Of a stretch of 27,097 nt of DNA, positions 20,080 through 27,097 are shown piece by piece. The translations under genes and the position numbers were made by a program. The notes under the pieces were generated by a model that was given only the letters and a program-made list of their open reading frames with translations, searched no databases and was not told the DNA's origin. The stretch covers positions 1 through 27,097 of the forward strand of contig RHPI01002955.1 of the NCBI GenBank assembly GCA_009103225.1. The letters are read 5' to 3'. The stretch's first letter is position 1. Each line of letters starts with the position of its first letter. The stretch is from Chlorokybus atmophyticus. Its lineage: Eukaryota; Plantae; Mesostigma and Chlorokybus algae.

Positions 20080-21189
20080 ATCATGTTCATAAGTTGAATT
20101 ATCCTTGGTTTACTGCAACCAACTACTACCTCAATATGATTTCATAGAATTATACACCGTGCCGTAGACTCTTGCACGATAAAATCTTGCACTTTACATG
20201 TATCGTTATTATTGAGCACGCAATACCGTATGCATATTTATTTGTATTCATTGGTTATTACGGCACAGTGTGATAGTAAGCTTTCGCACGTAAATTCACA
20301 TGGTACACATACAAGTGGAAATGGTATTTGAGCTCACTATTTCCTTACGCATGAAGTATATAGCAACAAAACAATAACGCTATTTTATTCCAAGCCATAC
20401 CAATAAGAATTCATACACAATAACCAATTAACATATCATTGCAATATGACAGCTCGCCTGTATGTTAACACATTATTATAGTCGCAACCACCACAAGTAG
20501 TGAGTTTATTACAATTACAACCATAATATTATATTCACAAACACTTCACAATATCAAGCCGCGCTCATTCATTGGAAATTTGTATACGTACGCAAATCAT
20601 GTGCGTTGAATCTAACATATGTCTTGATGCATTTGAGCAAAGTTGCTAAGGCTAAAGTTACGACGTTATCAAAGATACAATGTCTTCGCGTAATATTGTA
20701 CGCTCAAGTTAAATTTGCATAATTGACATAATTGTGATATGACTTTGACCAACTTCAGCTTTTAATTCAAAAGGCCTCATTAATTTTGCCAAAGTCATAC
20801 GACGCAATGCGCATTTATGCATTATATGTCGTGCTCATGCCTTATAAGGAGATTTAACCCGTATTGTGCAAAAGCCGAGTTACACGACACAAGTCTACCC
20901 GCAGTAAGCAACGGTGCAAACGCAACGTGTATTATCAATGCAATGTCACATACGGTATTGCGTTGGAGTTTTCTTGGCTATCTTGTTTCCTCCAACATGA
21001 AAGAGAAGTTTTGTTAAAACCCTTAGCTATCGAGTTGCGACTAGGACCAAATGTCGCGTCGTAGCTGCTAGCATCGCGTTGTAGCAGCTAGCTAGCAAAC
21101 CCTAACGTCGCAATATGTTTTCCCTGCCGGCCGACTAAATATTGGCAACGGCCGTGCACCTGAAAACAATAATTTTGACTGTCGTGGCT

Positions 21190-21560
21190 CAGGCCACCTG
21201 TAATCTTGATACAGGGACCTAATAGTAACTTCCGTTACTATCAGGCCCTTTTTGTTACGATTTAGTCTTTAAGAGTTGACTACGCCTAACTAACAGGCGC
21301 CTGTTAGTTACATATCAGGCCTTAACAGGTGACTTTATATAATTAACAGGCACCTGTTAGTTACACACTAGGCCTTAACAAATAACTTTGTATAATTTAC
21401 AGGCAACTGTTAGCTACACATCAGGCCTTACTAGGTGACTACAACTAATCAACGGGCACCTGTAAGTTACACATCAGTCTTACTTAGGTGACTCAGCCTA
21501 TGTGACAGGCACCTGCGGGTTACACACCAGTCCAGCGCAGGCGACTAAGCCTAATTCACA
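21190..21560. repeat. Minisatellite of about 7 units, 52-53 bp
   Basis: Unit starts at 21190, 21242, 21294, 21347, 21400, 21453 and 21506. Core approximately CAGGCACCTGTTAGTTACACATCAGGCCTTAACAGGTGACT. Confidence 0.88.
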
Positions 21561-21926
21561 ATCACCATTTAGGTAATTATCGACAAAATAAGGCATTCTT
21601 TAATAACTGAAGGTGACTAATACCTAACTGTCGTCATATGTATTTGCATAGCTTGACTACACGCGACTGTCACTGACTACCAGCATTGTTATGTGCCTGT
21701 GCTGTGTACATGTACCTGAAATGTGTACAGTGTCTCTCAGTCACTTGCCAAGGCTTGTAGTTCGATTATGTGACTCGAATGCAGTTCTGTTGTATATCAT
21801 AGGGATGCAAGTATTGATATGCATGAGCATAATGACGATTGACTGAGCTGGTTTAAGATGCACAACACTCAGTCACAAGAGCCTTGTAGCTATGTACACT
21901 ACCAGCTAAACGGACTACCAACTGCG

Positions 21927-23751
21927 CTACAGCTCCTCTCCATCATCGCTAGTCTCGTCATTACGGAACAAAGCACCACGCGCTGGGGCCTGTGGAGGAG
22001 ACGCCGGAGCTTGCTCTTCCTCCTGAAACGGTTGTGCCAGCCAATCAAATGCCGCTTCTGCCTCAGCGAGCGGGTCACGAGCTGCTGTCTCTTGCGGCCG
22101 GCGCCGATTGGGATCTTTCAGGTATTCGACACAAGATGCAGTGCGGCGTTTCACAAGGGTGAATGGCTGGAGGGCTGCGTACCGTTGCCTCATCTCCCGC
22201 TTCATTGACATGATCATGGTGTTGATTTCGCTGAGGTACTCTTCATGTGTGTCTATGCTGGCAGCTAGGAGAGGGTCTCCATCCTTGCCCTTTAGGATGC
22301 GCTCCACCTGCGTAGTTTACAGGCATGTCTTAGTGGCATCGAAAGCCACTATTCACTGCAACGCGTCTACAAGCCTGTAGTTTGGGGCTACAGCAGAATT
22401 GCTAATGATGGAGTTCAGAGTGCTCATCGTAAGCAACAGGTATGCGAGGTGGTTGACTGTCAGCTGCCGGCGACCAGGTGTAGTGACGGCGTAAGACCAG
22501 CAGTGCACGACCATTTGCCAGATTATGGGATTGCCCCATTCATGGATGTATCTCCTCCGCTCCGGGTCTGCAGTGTTGGTCACCTGAAATCTCCGCCATG
22601 ACTTGTCTGCGATAGTCATACCGACAAGGCATTAGGCACGAAATAGATAGTTTAAGTTGAGCCTGCACTAGGCTAGAATAGTGCCTGTGACGTACTTTGG
22701 AGCGCGTTGCGCATCTGGGCTTTTTGGGTCTCGGGGTCCATTAGGGCGTCGATGTGCCTGATTGAATCGATTACAATAGGCGAGATGAGTACGTGTGTAT
22801 GGAGGCTGAGTAAGAAGGCAGTGTTACATAGCAGACATGGTGGTGAGGGACCCAACTCACTTGCGCTTGTTGCTGTTAAACAGTGTCCACTTATACTCCT
22901 TTTCAAGGACATGCTTGATCTTGGTGTGTTCTCAGACCGGACCTGCGTAGCTTTCTTCAGGGCGACACTCCAGTGGAAGGGGCACTCCTTGGGAGTCCAG
23001 TACACCTCATAGAACTTGGCCGCATCGGCCTCGTCGTCATGGTCGAAGCCAACTACCTGTCACGGGCAGGTTGGTCAGTGTCACGGTGCAGTGCGGTTAT
23101 GAAGCATTCACAGCACCTAACACATGACGTTACAAATAGTGTCCTCCTTGGGATATACGTGGCTCTCTACCCAGTGGCCGTTTATGATTTCAACGACGGC
23201 ATCTCGCAAATGCTGTCCATAGAAGAACAATCCGTTACACACATACACACAGTGTCACAGTGTCACACAGTGCTTACCTCGTTGCCAATCTTCCACTTGC
23301 TTGGGGAAGGGTTGCTGACGGCCGAGGTTGCCACGTCACGGCCAAATGCGTTTGGGTTGGGGGTTCCAATCGACCCTCTGCAAGCACAACCACATGAGTC
23401 ATGCTGCCAGCCATGAAAGATGCAACCCTCACAGTCGCGAAAGAAGAACAACGTGCATAGTGTATCCAGAAAGCATGCAGTGAGTCACTGTGCCAGTCAT
23501 GAAAGAAGCAAGCAGCCAAGTTAAAAGTTGAGCAAGAAGCAACGTGCACAGTGCATCAAGAACGCATGCAGTTTAGCTTGCCCTTGCGACTGCGGTGGCA
23601 GGGGGAGTTGTTGTGATGTGCTGGGCGTTAGCGCTGGGTCTTGCTGCGATTGGTTGGCGACGGTTGCCTGGTTGAACACTGGGGGCAATGTGGACAACTG
23701 GCGCCGACCTCCACGACGAGGTGCACCTACGGATGGACCACGAGGCATCTC
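21927..23751 (-). CDS. Multi-exon gene of unknown function, possibly frameshifted
   Basis: Phase-compatible exons, e.g. intron 23213-23277 and GTGAGT/GTACGT donors. They join into ...KWKIGNE/HLRDAVVEIING.../VVGFDHDDEADAAKFYEVYWTP.../NKSWRRFQVTN.../VERILKGKDG...DDGEEL*. Candidate start MPRGPSVG at 23751. One frame break near 22920-22942. Confidence 0.6.
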
Positions 23752-23929
23752 TCCAACTGATAGTCGGGCGGGTGCCGCCTGTTTAGCTGATAGTGGCGCT
23801 GCCGCCTCCAACGCTGCCGCCGCCGGTTGGCCCGCCCGAATGTACGAGGCGCGAAAACGAAAATGAGGCGGTTTTGAACGTCTAGAGTCCCGCACTAGAG
23901 TCGCACATGTAGTGCGTCCTTGCTTCTAT

Positions 23930-24094
23930 GGTTGATGGTACGACTTATGCATTCGTGCCATCCATGCTTCGTACAAACATTGTTAACAATGGTCGTGTCG
24001 TAACATTTATGGTACGACAGAGGCATCTCTCGTCCAACCCCAGCCATTGCCGTACAATGGCTTTGTCGTACCATCTATGGTACGACAGAGGCAT
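23930..24094. repeat. Cluster of short hairpins built on the motif ATGGTACGAC
   Basis: Inverted repeats at 23934-23962, 23978-23991, 23996-24019 and 24061-24090. Direct repeat TATGGTACGACAGAGGCAT occurs twice. Confidence 0.85.
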
Positions 24095-24156
24095 TGCTCG
24101 ATCAGCCCAAATGGGAGTTAGCGTGCACTCACCCAAACACGCTTCATTGATGGCCG

Positions 24157-26510
24157 CATGATGGCACGCAGGGGCACCAGGTCGATGATGGGTCGAATGT
24201 CAGGCTTGATGGGCCTGGGTTCGATTAGGAGGCGGAGGACCAGGAGTCGGAGGCGGCGGCGGCGGCGGCGGCGTGGCACATCTTGCGAGAAGTTGTGGCC
24301 GTAAGAGTTCAAGCAGCGAAGCTAGCTACTACCGGTCGCCATGTCATGGATCATGGCAGGCGTCAGCAATAGGGCTGTCCAACATGCATCACCAACATTG
24401 GACAAACCAGCAGGCAAGCCATTAAAGACCATCTTCACGCAGAGAGCTGCTTGGTGGCTCGCTTTCTGCAACAAGGAGTGGATCAGGATCTGCAGTCCTT
24501 GGAGCCCCTTGTCAGAACCATGTGGGACCAATTGCGGCTGTGGGAACAAGCACAAAGGAATGCAGAGGTACGCTCAACAGTCACATGCATTTCCTTGCAA
24601 GAGCAATCTGTTCTTTAGCGCAGTCCATGTGATATATGTAGCGTGGCTGCAGGCCTCCACTATTCACCCATACCCACCCTACAGTCAAGCCGACATTGCG
24701 GAAGCAAGAGTTGATAGCCAGAGATGGGCGGCGGTATGTTGTTGCCAATCTCGCTGTGCATGTTGACTGCATGCACCTCCAATGCATGCCTACCTTTGCA
24801 TGCTAGGATGTGCGTGAGCGTGCGAAGTCGCGCGCGCGTGCCGAACGAAGTAGGCTGGGTTTGAGCACAGGAGCGCGTGGCCATTCGTCCGGCATTCAAC
24901 CAACAGTGCATCAACCAGCAATGACGCAGTCCATGCAATCATTCGTGCATCAACCAGCAATGCCGCAGGTGACTGTCCGAAGCAACCAACTGATGGCGGT
25001 GTGACGCAGTTGACTATTGCAATTGCAGTGTCGCAAGCATGCAGCTAACCCACATGTGATTGGTTGACAGCACCACAGTGCACTAGGTCCTGTTGGAGCT
25101 CCTATGCAAGCCTGGATTCAATCCCATCAACTGGTCCTTCAATCCCACTTGCTAATGGGCGCGGCGGCAATGCGGCATCAGTTTAACATGCATGTTGGCC
25201 TGTTGAATCCCGACATGTCCATTGGGGCAGTGGCGCATGATGTACCTATGGCTCACGAGCTCCGTGACGAGTCTGCCATCGAGGGTGGCGGGGAGAGTGC
25301 ACCCAATACCACCTTGCCAGCCCCCATGGCTTCCCCTGCTCCATGCAGCCCACGGGCCATTGAGGTAAGTCACTGTCTGGTATGCTCGTGCCTTGGTAAC
25401 AATGCGTCAGGCACTGCATAAGCTTATATTCGTCCTTTGCAACATTGTGAGCCATCTTATCCTGGATCCTGTATACAGCCCCCCTTGCTGCATGCACAAG
25501 TGGTCTCACCTGCAGCTCTTGCTCCCCTCCCAGCCAGAGCGCAACCACCTTCCGCGGCACCAGTCCTTCATGCACTGCCATCTCCTCCACGAGCAGCACC
25601 GGTGATTGCGGGGCAACAATCCTTCTTGCCGCCACCGGCGAGACCACAGCACAATGCAACAAACGATGTGGCTTCTGCACCTACCTTACCCCACCCGCTG
25701 CAAGTTGAAGCCGGCAGTCTGCCCCAAACTCAGGTACTTTATAAGTCACTGTCACTCTTGCCGTCCACAGTTAGACACATCATATGAGTGCTGTATGCGC
25801 ATGCAGTAGGGGTCACCACCTGCCAGCGAGTCATTAGAGGAGCTGGCCGCAACCCGCATACGGCCATCAGTCATGCTGGGTGGCCAGCTTGCCTCATGGG
25901 ACCACTTCAATGTGCCAACGGATGGTAATTGCTTCTACCATTGTGTGTTTCGCGCCAGGCCATCCATAGCGCAAAGTGTCCTGGATGATCACAAGTGCCC
26001 CAGCTCGAGCAGATTTTGAGCCATGCTGGACACCATGGACAACGACGGCAGGGGACACACTCTCCGCAAAATCATCGCCAAGGCTGTCAATGCAGGCGTG
26101 GCAAGCGGAACCCTAGACTTCTGCAGAGCCATCGGTGCCGCGGGAGAGATGGCGCAGTATTACGACAAACTGCCTGCGACCATGTTGGCTGATGTCAACT
26201 GCAACGTTGACCTAGCCATGGCTAAGGTGCGACAGATCGTGCGGAGAAAGATGTGTACGTCGAGCACCTGCAGATGACCATGTTTGCCAACAAGCTGGGC
26301 TTGTTCATTGGCTGCGTGACTGTTCAGCGCGAGCATGGGGAGTGGGTGCCACGGCCCGGCAGCGCAGTTTGGGTTGAAAATAAAGAAGCCCCCAACTCAG
26401 TCCTGGTGGGCAACACTGCTCCTGATGAGCCAGAAGCACACTTTGGCTGCTCAAGCCTGCAAGCACCGAACAGTGGTCGTGGCCTATGCATGAAGTGCCA
26501 CCGGATGTAA
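24157..26510 (+). pseudogene. Multi-exon pseudogene with an OTU-family cysteine-protease domain
   Basis: VPTDGNCFYHCVFRA at about 25912-25956, YVEHLQMTMFANKLGLFI, AHF (His at 26439-26441). TGA at 26017-26019 and a frameshift near 26230. Upstream exons are Pro/Ala-rich, and one carries poly-Ala, CPTC...HLHAESC and two in-frame TAGs. Confidence 0.72.
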
Positions 26511-26701
26511 CACACCTGATCGGAGAGTGGCGGAATGGCGTTGCCAATTCCCCGCTACCACCGGCTGTGACCCAGAGTGCTGCGCCAACGCCTCAGGCCT
26601 CGCCTTCATGTGGTAGGCAAGAAGTAGCCGAGTGTTCTGCACATCCTGCCTCCCCTCAACCACAGCCACATGCTCGCAATCCCAATTCAGCACCCTCCCT
26701 T

Positions 26702-27097
26702 TGTAACAGTCAAGGCCAAATTCTGTGATTTTCATGGCCGTTTTAGGCCTTATTTGTAAGGTACATGTTTTTAATGACTTGTGGCGGATATCGGCGAGTT
26801 ATGAGTCTGCCGCGGATATCGACCGGGGCCCCAAGACCAGTCCGGAAGGTGCCAGAAAACGGAGGGCCAGTCGACAAGGGCTCGACCAGATTTCTGGAAG
26901 GACCTGGCGCCAAGTAGTATAACTTGACCATATGAGCAGCAAATTAGGAGATCTTTGGTGCGTTGGAAAGGTCTAGAAGTGTACTACAAGATTCTGCAAT
27001 AATATCTTAGCTTCTAGTTCCGTCTAGCGCTAGAATCGTCTAGACAGTAGCATGTGCAGACTGGTAGGTATAAAAGTGACATTCTACAATTTGCAAT
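26702..27097 (+). repeat. Third LTR of the same gypsy family (5' or solo LTR), cut by the window end
   Basis: TGTAACAG start, about 5 differences in 396 nt from the 3' LTR at 19408. No PPT upstream; the flank CCCTT is the candidate TSD. Confidence 0.96.

Noticed and set aside
23893-23914. CACTA...TAGTG as a CACTA transposon terminus, or CTAG as a Helitron 3' end
   Set aside because: The two 5-mers are only 12 nt apart. No matching distant terminus or TSD was found, and there is no properly spaced GC-rich hairpin before the CTAG.
24118-24312. Poly-Arg ORF on the minus strand
   Set aside because: It is a by-product of the (GGC)n tract, which reads as poly-Ala in the more protein-like plus-strand frame.
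1-27097. tRNA, rRNA or env-like genes
   Set aside because: None recognised. The PBS sites are only short tRNA complements, and neither retroelement has an extra ORF between pol and the 3' LTR.

Overview
Eukaryotic, transposon-rich window with no intact host gene. The host is probably in the green lineage; this is an inference from AAACCCTAA telo-boxes, short (about 65-85 nt) GT-AG introns and a tRNA-iMet-primed chromovirus. From left to right it contains: (1) a tandem pair of Ty1/copia retrotransposons sharing a central 402-bp LTR (119-7854), with unit 1 5'-truncated and unit 2 carrying an open 1293-aa Gag-Pol frame; (2) a long, intron-rich minus-strand pseudogene (about 7855-13760), cut at its 3' end by the copia array, whose hand-spliced protein resembles a ParB/Srx-like domain followed by a beta-class N6/N4 DNA-methyltransferase-like fold, and in which two probable introns carry arrays of a 22-bp palindrome; (3) a full-length Ty3/gypsy chromovirus (14033-20079; 672-bp LTRs about 99.4% identical; ATCAT target-site duplication) with several disabling lesions; (4) an AT-rich tract and a 53-bp minisatellite; (5) a head-to-head pair of multi-exon genes separated by a hairpin cluster, an unknown minus-strand gene (about 21927-23751) and a plus-strand pseudogene with an OTU cysteine-protease domain (about 24157-26510); (6) a third LTR of the same gypsy family, cut by the window end. 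All splicing, alignments and difference counts were done by eye. Domain calls for the decayed genes are motif-level inferences and need profile searches.
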